A stretch of 62,975 bases of DNA, filler included, from Octopus bimaculoides (Eukaryota): assembly GCF_001194135.2 (NCBI RefSeq). It is 5 parts of 4 records of this genome, joined end to end, with 100 filler letters (N's around TTAATTAATTAA, not from the genome) between each part and the next. Parts side by side here need not be neighbours in the genome. Positions count along the whole stretch, not along the records: positions 1 to 31,828 come from NC_069006.1; 4 more parts are not named here. One strand, 5' to 3'. The notes beneath the pieces are model-generated. The model saw only the letters and a list, made by a program, of their open reading frames with translations, ran no database searches and was not told the DNA's origin. Shown one piece after another: positions 11,281 through 23,600 of this stretch. A program made the translations under genes and the position numbers. Each line of letters opens with the position of its first letter. Position 1 is the stretch's first letter.

Positions 11281-13383
11281 AATAAACAGAGATAAATAAG
11301 ATCTTTTTAGTGATACAAAGAGTACAATACATAAACCCATATACACGGACTGAGGAAAAAATAGAGAAATAAATAAAGAAATAGATGAAAAAAGACTAAA
11401 TAAAGGACGCAGGTACAAATAGCATAGTAAGAAACCCATATACACACACACAAAACACGCAGACAAGTGCACACACATACACACACACAGATACAGACGT
11501 AAAAGCCTGCGCAGATGAGGATACTCACCGTCGAAAGACAGTATGGACTAAGCAGAATAGGAGGAGACATGTAGGATGAAGAGTCGCTGAAGAGGTCACA
11601 GGGTGTGCGACGAAAGTTTCAGACAAAGGACACTAGAATAAGAACAATAATAAAGCTGAAGTGAAGAACGAATATAAACCGTGCGTGTGTTTATTAGCCA
11701 AAAAAGAAAAAGACCGTCCCGAAATGAGATTATGCCTATAAATGTATTTGTGTGTGTGTATAAAATCGATTTTTTTCCACAGCTTTTCGCGGTTGTTTGG
11801 CGTACATGATGGTTTTTTTAGCCGTAAAAACTAAGGAAATCGGACTTTCAAGTAAAAAGTTTTCTACAGTGTAACTTTGCAAAAATGTGAAAAATTGATT
11901 TTCAAAGTTTTCCGCAATTTTCTTGGGAATCAGAGGCCCCAAGGTAGTGCCAAAATATTTGTCTGAAATGCCACAACATGACGGTCCTTTTGATACCAAA
12001 ATTATAAAAATAGGACGTTCCTGTAAAAACTTTTTTCGTGTACAACTTTTGCCTTTTTTTTGCAAAAAGTGGGNNNNNNNNNNNNNNNNNNNNNNNNNNN
12101 NNNNNNNNNNNNNNNNNNNNNNNNNNNNNNNNNNNNNNNNNNNNNNNNNNNNNNNNNNNNNNNNNNNNNNNNNNNNNNNNNNNNNNNNNNNNNNNNNNNN
12201 NNNNNNNNNNNNNNNNNNNNNNNNNNNNNNNNNNNNNNNNNNNNNNNNNNNNNNNNNNNNNNNNNNNNNNNNNNNNNNNNNNNNNNNNNNNNNNNNNNNN
12301 NNNNNNNNNNNNNNNNNNNNNNNNNNNNNNNNNNNNNNNNNNNNNNNNNNNNAAGGCATAAAAAACATACACATACACACAGACATTTTGAGTTTTATAG
12401 ATATAGATTATTATCTTTTTTATTATTTCAATTTAATTTTTTGTATATTCGTATATTTTTATATTTATTTATATTTTAAAAACATTCTCTATATTTTGTT
12501 AAGATTATTTTAACTCTTTTCATTTTTAATTTGTTTTAATTGAATTTAATTCAAAATTATATTCGGCCTTCAATATGATATAATTTTAAATAACTCTACT
12601 TGATTGTATTTCATTTTAACCTCACATTTCTCCTATCTTTGTTTAATATCCAAGCTCACCAAAGCTTCCTGCTCATTTTTCTTTCGTTTTCTCATACAAT
12701 TCCGTCTCTATACGTAATAACCAAGTATTAAAGATCCAAGTCGACCATGTAAGTTGCCTATATCAAATTTCGACAAAATATTTGAGGCGTATCTGACCTG
12801 TAAACAATGGAAATATTTTAAGTTTGTGATGACCCCATTACAACGTTAACAAAAACCAACTAAACAAACAGTAAACTGCTGTTTCTCAACGTCTTCCTCT
12901 CTTTTCTACCTCTTCCTCATGCTGAAGAAACGTAAGTTGATATAAAAAGAAAGGTGAACACATTCTCACACATCGTTCAGAGATAATTATTGCTGTATCT
13001 GAGCAGAAGAGGACCAAAGTTTTCAGTCACCAACGTACTTTTCTCTTTACCTGCCATTAAGGTAACTTATTTAACTTATATATACTTTTACATATCCCTG
13101 TGTCTTTTACTTATAGATGGTGTGTTGTTCTTTTTTTTTTCTAAAGGAAAACCTGTAACCTCGCAGTATTTATTGATCAGAGATACATAATTTCAACGCT
13201 ACAATAATGTGGGTGAACATGCATTTATATAAACAGAAACACATGTAAATATGCTATGCATATGTGAACACATACCCATATATCCATAGAGAAGATTGGT
13301 TTAGAACCCAGAAAACTGAAGAAAGCTACAAATGAGATAAGCAAAACAACTGAAACCTGATGGAAATGTTTATGTCTGTTCAG

Positions 13384-13442
13384 ATAATGTTGATGGAAAC
13401 TTTTCCCAAGTGAAGACTCGGTGCCACATTCGGACGGCCGAG
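13384..13442 (+). other. Possible orphan exon ((D)NVDGNFSQVKTRCHIRTAE)
   Basis: tgtctgttcag acceptor, gag|gtacga donor and an open frame. No homology support. Confidence 0.2.
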
Positions 13443-15498
13443 GTACGAAACGCTTGCGATCTTGAAATACCTGCTGGCAGTGCGGAAAGGCTTCCGACTT
13501 CCCTGTTAGAGTTAAAAGAAAGGATCGCAATCCCTTTGAATTGTCCCTCCATTTTCTGTATCAGTCAAAATATTTATGGTGTTTATTTCACCTATATGTA
13601 TGTACGTATGTATGTATGTATGTATGTACGTATATACATATATTTATGTATGTGTGACGAAGCTCCATGCTCGAAACATTATATACCGACTCTTTTTCTT
13701 TTTTTTTTGCTCACCTTTTCTGAGCGTCAAGCTAATACATATACGAGAATGTGCACATTCTTTTGACTTCTGTTGTTTTGTCATTTGTAATTACTATTTT
13801 CTGGGGGNNNNNNNNNNNNNNNNNNNNNNNNNNNNNNGACATTTGTCTATATATAATTCGGAAGCTAAATAAAACCTCCTAGAGATATATATGCATGGAT
13901 GGCTGTGTGGTTACGATGTTTGCTCCGCAGCAACGTAGTTTAGCGTTCACTCCCACAGTACAGTATCGGAGAGAACTCACTTTTAGGGCCGTCTTGTCAG
14001 TGAATTTTGTAGGCAGCCACAACGCAGACACATATCGTGCAATACATTGAAGCAAAAATCCTGATGGTTTATTATTTTGTAGTTATTTTAATAAGGATTT
14101 ATTTCAATATCAGATTCATTTATTTGTTTTCTAATTTTCTATTTGTTCATTATTTTACATTATTTGTTCATTATTTTACATTATTTGTTCATTATTTTCT
14201 TCTCTCCCTCCTCCTCCTCCATTGTCTGCCTTCACAATGGCAACCTATTACACAAGATGTAGGTCGTAGCTTTCAACCAATGTGGGTTACTTTATTTTTC
14301 ATATTTGTTCACGCCGTCTTTTATTTTGTTAGTTACGTCTACATTCATTCACACGTTATATTCACTCACAATACATTTAAAAATCCGACTTCACTTTTCA
14401 CTTCTCTCACTAAAAATAGAACCCGCCAACAATGATGAGGTTTGTTTTGTTCCGTTTTAGTAAAACTTAAACTTTCTACTTCAGACTCTACTGTTGTTTG
14501 TTTTCCCCCCTTATTTTCCCTCCATATTGTCCTGTTTCAGTGATTCTTCCCTTAGCTTCCAACTGTAACTTCGTGTCTTCTGCTTTTTCTGGTCGTTATT
14601 TTTAAGCAATTCTTCTCACCACAAATCCATATTCCGTTCGAATTTCTCGCGTGATAATCTTGGTCTCCTCTTTGTGGTCTAAATTCGAGATGTTTCTCCT
14701 GTCATTGAAGGATTCTACGTCTGTTTGACACGAGATATATATTTGGAAAAACCAAACCTCTCTTTTTACGTTTATAATCTCTGCTTCACTCTCCCCCTCA
14801 CTTTCTTTTCACTCACACACACACACACACATGTGTGTGTGTGTGTGTGCGTGTGTGTGTGTACACAGCAGTCAAAACATTCAGTAGAAGTTACATATAT
14901 TATTATTTAAAGCAATTTGATTCGACCCCATGCAACTCATCAGCTTAGTACAGAAACGTAGCCCATCGTGCTTAGGAAGCCGAATGGAGAGGTGCAAGAT
15001 GGCTACAGGAAACCGGGCGCTGTTATTGATCAAGGCGAGTCCCACGGTGTTATTAGAGGTGAAATTGCAATTCCAGCAACACGAAATCCGCCAAGGAAAA
15101 AGGTCCCGATCAGAATTTTTTAGACGATGTGCAAGGACAAGAATCTGGTGGCGTCTCACTGAGTAGATGGTCTTCTAAGGGATCTTGTGCGTGCGCATGT
15201 GTGTGTGTGTGTGTGTGAATACCAACTGTAAAAGTACGTGTATGTGTGTGTTGAGGCATATACGTGTGTATCTGCTGTGTGTGTGCGTGTGTGTGTGTGT
15301 GTGTGGAGGGAGGGAATGCAAGCACGTGTAAGCTGGCGTGTGGGTGAGATCTGATGGCATTAGCTCGCTGGTGCGTATGTAGGTGTTGGCTAGAGTTTGT
15401 GTACATATGGTTGCGAGCGCGTATCAGCCATGAATGAGTATTTTCCTACGTGTATAGTTGGGTATATGTATTAGCTGTGTATATCAGCTGTGTTTGTA

Positions 15499-15571
<73 letters not shown>

Positions 15572-15649
15572 AGAGTCTATCGTGTGGGCGTGTGTGCGCA
15601 AACGTTTTTGGGATGCATGTATGTGTGCGTGCATATGAATGTTTGGTGA

Positions 15650-16420
15650 ACCTGTGCTGTACGCTGGAAGAAACTTCCTTTTTAAATGGAGGGTTGAACG
15701 AAATTATCTTTCTTTTTCTGGTCCTCTTCGGATGTGGGGTTGTGGTTAGGGAGTCTTTCATATATGGTAACTTCTCGGAAAATCCACAACTCACTAATGC
15801 GTTATTGTCAGGTGGGATGGCCCTACTGAAGATCTCTCTGTTGGCTGAAAGTTCAGAGATTCTTCTGCTAACGTTTGGAAGTAAGTTTCTAATTACAGCG
15901 TAGGGTTTCAGTGATTAGAACTTTTGTGGATGTTCACATTTTACTCATTGGGCTCCTTGTAAGTGTAGTGCTTGCATGTTTCCAGGTCTAGAGTTACGTA
16001 TAAGAAGAAGACCGAGGTCAATTTAGTAGTAGCTATTACGAACAGACGGAATTCTTTGAAGATCTTTATCGCAAACTTGTTCATAGTGTGGTTGCTCTCA
16101 TGGCTTGAGGTTGCCAGGCTGTTGGCACTGTAAAGGGTAGACTTTGAAGGCGGGGGCCATGTGCGTTTCTTGGCAAGAAAATAACCCGACGAGGTCGGTG
16201 ATCTCATTTATGAAACAAATACTTGCCCACGCGCAAAACTCCTCACACACACTGTCACCAGAAGAAAACCAGCATAACTATATACTATGACATAAATATT
16301 GCGTTGAAGTTCAGATTGGGACACTTTCTTGACAGGTTTGGTGGCACTTGAATTTCAGTTCGATATCTAGTAACGCATTGACCAAAAGTAGCCCACTTTC
16401 CTGTAGCCAATTTGGGCTTC
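15650..16420 (-). mobile_element. Penelope-like (Naiad-type) RT fragment
   Basis: Minus-strand ITDLVGLFL, VTLDLETCKHYTYKEPN, SRRISELSANREIF and KRTRKRKIISFNPPF correspond to motifs of the element at 27330-29130. Confidence 0.7.
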
Positions 16421-16521
16421 CTCCACCTCTTCAATCGTCCGCCTAAAACTGATCAGCTAGGTTCTTTTTATAAGGAGACTACAAAATTTTAAGTTGCAGG
16501 GGACTGATCGAACTCCTTTAC

Positions 16522-16579
<58 letters not shown>

Positions 16580-16880
16580 TAATAAGAAGAAGAAAAAGAA
16601 GATAATCGTCACTAAGTGTGACTAATGGTGCCGACGCACCTACATCGCTAGAAATAAGAGTTAAAATACTCTTAATGCTGTAGGGAGAGAGCAGATGTAT
16701 ATATGCTGGCAGGTAACCAATAGTCGTTTAGTTTCCTCTATTCCGAAGACATGGTCAGTGAAGACTACTCGAACGGCACATGTTCGTCACTAATTCCGCC
16801 TGTCGGCTTATATGTATTTATCATAAATATTTATGAATGATTTAGCGGAATGCTAATGCGTATACAAAAAAAATTAATAT

Positions 16881-16950
16881 AAACATCAATAAAATAATGC
16901 TGCTGAAACAGCTGTTGTAAACCTTTAAAATCCATTCGTTTTCTTCTTGT
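16881..16950 (+). ncRNA. Hammerhead ribozyme family H3, 3' half only
   Basis: ctgctGAAACagctGTTgtaaacctttaaaatcc matches 18273-18310 and 20370-20405. The CUGACGA half is absent. Confidence 0.55.
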
Positions 16951-16959
16951 TATATATAA

Positions 16960-18203
16960 CAGGGTCTTGCAATTAAATTGAGACACTTTTTACGATACAT
17001 AAAACTAGTTATAAATACTAAAGTAATGGTAGTAGATAAATATAATTTTAAAGTAACATTTATTGCTACAAAAACATTTATCATTCAGTACGGAAGCCCT
17101 TTTGGGCGACTACTACCTCGAAAGTGTTTTTTAAGCTGCTGCAACTTCCGCTTGTCGCACGCACAACGCATGTCTTTAAACTGTTGACATTCGATTGCTT
17201 GAAATACGTTCCATAAAAAGTAATCCGGAAGGTTGAGATCTGGACTATTACTGAGACAGATGTCGACCCTCACAAAAAATGGAACCTTCTCCGAAAGGAA
17301 GGCCTGTATTGCATTTGACCCATGGCATGGTGCAGAATCCTGGATAAACAACACCACATTGTCACGCCCAAACTTCTTCTGCTCCAATCAAGATAACAGA
17401 GAGTTCTCCGGGATATCCAGATGCTCCTTCGTTTGTGCCGATCTTCAAGCCAAACTCAATGAAGTGTGAATTCATGACACTTAGATCACTCGCCACGGCT
17501 CCAAATACCATCAGGAGACAGGACTTTTAGTTTCAAATACAGCGGAGATGTCAGAAGGGTTTTATGCAATCACCCGAGAATTTCTGCGATTCCCCTCAGC
17601 GTCTGCATTGAACTTCTCGTCTACAAACACGAGCGATTTTCCTGCGCTTTAGTGCTTGATCAATGACAGAAGTTTGTGCATTTCTCGGTTCTGATTGCTT
17701 TGGCCATGGCTGTTAGGAGGTGACGGCGTCGTCGAACATAGATGGTCATGCCAAGGTTCCTGTTCACAGCTCTCGACACGGTGAAAATGAATATATTGCA
17801 TTTCTTTGCGAGAGTTGTCATGGATGCGGATGGGTTGCCTTCAATCGAGCATTCGAGGCCAGCGAGAAACTTTGGATTGCGCTTGGAATCACTTTGAGTC
17901 TTGTGTTCTGTTCTATCAATCTTTCCCTCTTCTTTAAATTCTTGTTTACACACAATAAACTGTTGCTTTTTGAAGCTTCGTCAACTTAACAATTTCATTG
18001 CAATGTTCCCGGCGGGCACCAAAACAACAATGGCGGAATGATTCTGTTGTTCCATGATTTTCTGTTGTCGAATCAGTTCGCTATTTACTTGAGAAATAAA
18101 GAGGAGGATTAGATTTTCAATCAAGCAAGGTTTGGTCAAAATATGAAATGTTGAACCCTCTAACTCAACTGTTTAAAATTAGTTTCAATTAATCTGCAAG
18201 GCC

Positions 18204-18206
<3 letters not shown>
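16960..18206 (-). mobile_element. maT (DD37D) Tc1/mariner transposon with TIRs, decayed
   Basis: Imperfect TIRs cagggtcttgcaattaaattgagac and gtttcaattaatctgcaaggccctg, flanked by TA. Peptide QDSAPCH...SPDLNLPDY has 37 residues between the 2nd and 3rd Asp. HTH-like N-terminal region NPSASMTTLAKKCNI. Confidence 0.85.
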
Positions 18207-18251
<45 letters not shown>

Positions 18252-18272
18252 ATAACAAGAGCACAAATGGAT

Positions 18273-18379
18273 TTTAAAGGTTCACAACCACTGTTTCAGC
18301 AGCATTATTTTGTTGATGAATAGTTGGATTACTACGATTGCAACATGAAGCAAATCTGCTTTCGTCAGGTGAGTTTAAA
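18273..18379 (-). ncRNA. Type I hammerhead ribozyme, family H3
   Basis: Minus strand: UUUAAA-C-UCAC, CUGACGA, A, AGCAG/53-nt loop/CUGCU, GAAAC-AGUG-GUU cleavage, then GUGA-ACC-UUUAAA. Predicted cut between 18286 and 18285. Confidence 0.7.
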
Positions 18380-19199
18380 TTTAGGCAGGAGAAGACAATT
18401 CCGATCGACCCGTATTGCCAGAAACCGTTAAAGCGAGTGAGTACATGTGAAGAACTGGTTGCAATTGCGTGTATACATAGCTATGTATACACATAGATAC
18501 CAACACTCCTCCAAACACATGAACATAATCAAAACCATATGCGTACACATATATCTATGTATACGTACATGCATACACACACACACATATGCATACATGT
18601 ATACATACATACATATACATATACTATCAAATAACTAAGTGGATATTTGTACATATACACACAAGTCTTATACATCAAACAGTGATCTTTGTATCTATAT
18701 CCATATTAGCATATATACCTATGTACATATACACACACTTACAAACATTTACATACGTACACATGCACATACACACACACACATACATACATAAGCACAA
18801 AAACAGGCATGTATAAAGATACTTGTGTCTAATGTGGTAACAATCTTTTAATCTCTTTTTGATGAGATTCAAATGATTTGAACTTACACTCCGAAATCTT
18901 TACTGAAGTATAAGTCCACGAGGTAAAGAGTGGTTATAAAGGGAACGCAGGTGAGCAGACATTGAGGTAATGACGCAAATAAACAAATAAAGTTGTTTGG
19001 GTTTGATATCCAAAATATACATACAAGTATACATGTAAATAGTGAGAAAGCAAAAACCGAAAATATTCAGACAGTGAATATTCATGCATAAATATAACCG
19101 AGCAAACTTACACATAAAGACACATAAAATCAAAGGGGATGAGGTATAGTGATACAGTCCCAACAGTTGTTTCTGGGGGTTCGGAGTTACTTCATAATG

Positions 19200-19830
19200 C
19201 TGGCAGATGTAGTTCACAAAACTTTGCAACCAGTAATGGAAGCATATAAGCGTTGGGTAGACTCGGCCTCCGTCTTCAGAGTGTAGAGAATAAAATCTAG
19301 CATTTCAAATGAGAATTCAGGAGAATTTGGAGGTAGATTGGGTGAAGACGAAGGTAAACAGTAGTGAGTGGAGGGAGAAGTGTGTAGCTCGATATGGGTG
19401 TGGGGGAGTTGAAGCAAGGAAGGGCAAAAAGCAATGGAGGGGTGAGCGCTCAGGGTATTGAGAAGTAGTAGAAGTGGAGAGTTGGGAGATAAGAGTGAAG
19501 GGTGGGAGGGGCAGAATTTTCAAGGATGGTCGTTGTTGTTGATTTTGACAAGTTAGGGATGGTGCGGCTATAGAAGTAAATTGGAATAGTGAGAGAAGGG
19601 AGGCGCGAGTATTAAAAGGAAGGAAAGGGTCCAGTTATAGATGCTAGTAGGATGGTGAAGGATGAATTTGAAGAATGATGTTGGGTTGGCGGCGGAGGGA
19701 TAGTAGTGCAGCATGAAGAAACGTATAAGAGTAAAGAGAGGGAGAGAGGGGGGGATAGGTTGTTGGCGAAGGCAGAGTAGTTCTTGTTGAAGAATAGGCT
19801 GGGAGAAGGTAAGGAAGAAAATTCAAAGTA
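19200..19830 (-). mobile_element. Possible highly decayed LINE linker region
   Basis: Pyrimidine-rich minus strand with Pro/Ser-rich pseudo-peptides loosely like CR1/Jockey EN-RT linkers. Weak support. Confidence 0.3.
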
Positions 19831-19877
19831 TGAGGATGGGAAGATTGTAAGAGGGGATGTGCTGGGTAAGAGGAATG

Positions 19878-20105
19878 AGCGAGCTGGCAGAAACGTTAGC
19901 ACGCCGGGCGAAATGCTTAGCGGTATTTCGTCTGCCGCTACGTTCTGAGTTCAAATTCCGCCGAGGTCGACTTTGCCTTTCATCCTTTCTGAGTCGATTA
20001 AATAAGTACCAGTTACGCACTGGGGTTGATATGATCGACTTAATCCGTTTCTCCGTCCTTGTTTGTCCCCTCTGTGTGTAGCCCCTTGTGGGCAGTAAAG
20101 AAATA
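19878..20105 (+). mobile_element. SINE family A, full-length
   Basis: Near-identical to 6218-6439. Confidence 0.85.
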
Positions 20106-20297
20106 AGAGGAATGGGCAAGAGTAAAATTAAGAAGAAATATTTAGTGGAAGGGGTGGTGTTAGCGGAAACAACATAACACTCTACCCTATGTGTATCCAT
20201 TGCAGACAGTTAAATTTCAACAGTTCTTCACATGTACTCACTCACTTTGACGATGTCTGGCAAACGGGTCGATCGGAATTTTCTTCACCGAACCAAA

Positions 20298-20403
20298 TTT
20301 AAACTCGCCTGACGAAAGTGGATTTGTTTCATGTTGCAATCGTAGTAATCGAACTGTTCATCGATAAAATAATGCTGCTGAAACAGTGGTTGTGAACCTT
20401 TAA
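20298..20403 (+). ncRNA. Type I hammerhead ribozyme, family H3
   Basis: UUUAAA-C-UCGC, CUGACGA (20309-20315), A, AGUGG/loop/CUGCU, GAAAC (20380-20384), AGUG-GUU, then GUGA-ACC-UUUAAA. Predicted cut after 20391. Confidence 0.7.
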
Positions 20404-20654
20404 AATTAATTTGTGTTCTTTTAGGCAAATGCCATACCTGGAACCATCCGTATCTTAGATCTATTTTGTATTGCATCGTGAACTTCCATGTGTGTATCTA
20501 TAAACACATGCACACAAACAAACACACACATACGTATGTGTGTGTGTATGTGTTTGTATATAAGTGCATATATTGAGATGTGTATATATTTGATGCGTCA
20601 TCATATATGTGAAACTCGACTCTTTCCCGGCGTCCGCAATGTTAAACTACCAAG

Positions 20655-23600
20655 ATAACTTTCTTTATTGGCCACACAGGGCTGAATATAGAGGGGACAA
20701 ATACAATGTAGAGTTTTCCTTTTCGAAGGGAGGGGGCGACAACTAAACAAAATTTTTTTTTTTAAATTAGGGAGAACGATCAAAAGGGATCGAAATCGTT
20801 TGGGATAGACACACAAAAAGTCGAAATAATACAAAAAGTTCCAAAACAATGGGGAGGTTTATCCGTGAAAAGAAAAACCTACGAAAAGACCACGGTAACC
20901 TCGGGCAAAAATGTCACATATCAACACAAGTGATACTTGAAAAAGTTGATGAGAGATTGACCAGAGAGGAAAGTGTTTGTCTCTAATCCTTTCAGACACG
21001 TCCACCAGATGCATTCTTTCGCCATAGCCACAGGTACGATGAAAATAGCTCTTTCATCCCGTTTGAAAGAAGGAGGCGCGACAATATTAACGATAGACTC
21101 AGCTGATAAATTGACTCGTTCCATACGTTGCTGCAGTCGTTCGACATAAGCCCACAGGTCGGAAATGGTTGGACACAGCACGAGTGCGTGCAGAACGGTC
21201 TCGTCACTCTGACCGCATCTCGGGCAGGTCGGCCCCGTGTTTCTCGAGCCGTGTCAGTAGAGCTTATCCCGAACGGGTAGCGCTTCTCGGTAGCACAGCT
21301 AGGCCAGTCGTCTTGAACAGGCAGGTCACGTATTCTTCGTCGACGCCCAGGTTCGCCCCGAGACCGTCGTCGTACCTCCCCTCCGCTGATCCCCTANNNN
21401 NNNNNNNNNNNNNNNNNNNNNNNNNNNNNNNNNNNNNNNNNNNNNNNNNNNNNNNNNNNNNNNNNNNNNNNNNNNNNNNNNNNNNNNNNNNNNNNNNNNN
21501 NNNNNNNNNNNNNNNNNNNNNNNNNNNNNNNNNNNNNNNNNNNNNNNNNNNNNNNNNNNNNNNNNNNNNNNNNNNNNNNNNNNNNNNNNNNNNNNNNNNN
21601 NNNNNNNNNNNNNNNNNNNNNNNNNNNNNNNNNNNNNNNNNNNNNNNNNNNNNNNNNNNNNNNNNNNNNNNNNNNNNNNNNNNNNNNNNNNNNNNNNNNN
21701 NNNNNNNNNNNNNNNNNNNNNNNNNNNNNNNNNNNNNNNNNNNNNNNNNNNNNNNNNNNNNNNNNNNNNNNNNNNNNNNNNNNNNNNNNNNNNNNNNNNN
21801 NNNNNNNNNNNNNNNNNNNNNNNNNNNNNNNNNNNNNNNNNNNNNNNNNNNNNNNNNNNNNNNNNNNNNNNNNNNNNNNNNNNNNNNNNNNNNNNNNNNN
21901 NNNNNNNNNNNNNNNNNNNNNNNNNNNNNNNNNNNNNNNNNNNNNNNNNNNNNNNNNNNNNNNNNNNNNNNNNNNNNNNNNNNNNNNNNNNNNNNNNNNN
22001 NNNNNNNNNNNNNNNNNNNNNNNNNNNNNNNNNNNNNNNNNNNNNNNNNNNNNNNNNNNNNNNNNNNNNNNNNNNNNNNNNNNNNNNNNNNNNNNNNNNN
22101 NNNNNNNNNNNNNNNNNNNNNNNNNNNNNNNNNNNNNNNNNNNNNNNNNNNNNNNNNNNNNNNNNNNNNNNNNNNNNNNNNNNNNNNNNNNNNNNNNNNN
22201 NNNNNNNNNNNNNNNNNNNNNNNNNNNNNNNNNNNNNNNNNNNNNNNNNNNNNNNNNNNNNNNNNNNNNNNNNNNNNNNNNNNNNNNNNNNNNNNNNNNN
22301 NNNNNNNNNNNNNNNNNNNNNNNNNNNNNNNNNNNNNNNNNNNNNNNNNNNNNNNNNNNNNNNNNNNNNATCGAAAGCTTTCGATTGATCCAAATTCATC
22401 AGGTTCCTTAACTACCCTGTCTACGATGTAGCGCATCAGATGGAGGTTGTCATGGATGCTTCGGCCCGGCACGGTGCACGTTTGTGCCTTGTCGACCAGT
22501 TTCTCGATGACAAACGCCAACCTCTTGGCTAACACCTTGGCCAAAATTTTCAAGTCTGCATTGAACAGAGTGATGGGCCTAAAGTTTTCTATTACACCAA
22601 CACTTGTTTGGATCTTTCTTCAGCAGCGTTACGGCTCCTCGGCACACAAAACCGGGAATGCTCCCGTTCTGCTGCCAGTTGCAGTACACCACTGCCAAGA
22701 CCTCTCCAAACAAGTCTGGTATACAGTTGTAAAGCTCGAAGGGCAGACCATCCAAACCCGGCGATTTGTCCCCTCGAGCATCCTGCCATCGCGTCCCTCG
22801 CTTCTGCCTGCGTGATGGCACCTTCGCAGCACTCTGCCTCTCTTACTGATGTCGTGGCAGGCTGTGCAGGTCGGCACTGAAGTCCATCCTACGTTCTCGC
22901 TCGTCACTCGTCCCGAACAGTCGGGCAAAATGCTGCTGAAACCCCTCGCACATCTTGCCGGGCTCGAGCAATTCGCACCTCTGTTCATCTGCCAGAGGTC
23001 GAATAGTAGCTTTGTTGCCCCGTTTCGCCTCCACCACCCAGGCCTCTCGCGCGGCTCCAACGCCTTCGTTGCTTAGAGCACGCATCCTAGGTCTGACAAC
23101 ACACCCTTCGTGTTTGGCGTCGATGATGCTTCTTACCACCTCTTCTAACTTCTGAACTAGCTCACTATCTACTCTGTTTCTATCTATGGTTAGTGCTTTG
23201 CTATATCTAATCGCTTCCACTTTTACTGCTCTCTTGCGGGGGCAAACAGCCATTTGTTGTTGATAATGGCTCAAGTCAAAGCTCTCATTACTAGCGTGCT
23301 AATTCGGTCTCTGAAAACCTGTCTCGAAGGGAAAGACGCGTTCAGTTTCCAGTAACCGGGGCCCTGTCTATATGCCTTATCTAAGTCTAGCGTACACGTT
23401 ACAAGTTTCTGATCCGTGTAGCTGACTATGGGGAATTGTGGACATCCTAAGCTATCCCTATCTACTGTCCTACACAGGATCTTATCTAGATACGATCACG
23501 ACGACCCAATGCGGTTGCTCCATGTCCACGTTGGCATATTTGGGTGGTCGAAGGTAACAATGAAGAATGCGTCTCCAGAGGTAGAGACACAATGATTACT

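Noticed and set aside
13316-13455. CUGAAGA...GAAAC and GUGAAGA...GAAAC motifs
   Set aside because: Helices do not close at the core.
16821-16836. 16-bp perfect palindrome tcataaatatttatga
   Set aside because: AT-rich and short; expected by chance in this composition.
20620-20662. Tx1 3' flank ttatcttggtagtttaacatt as a U2 snRNA target (Keno-like)
   Set aside because: Only a short AGTTTAA-AT match to U2 as I recall it; no further similarity and no matching 5' flank.
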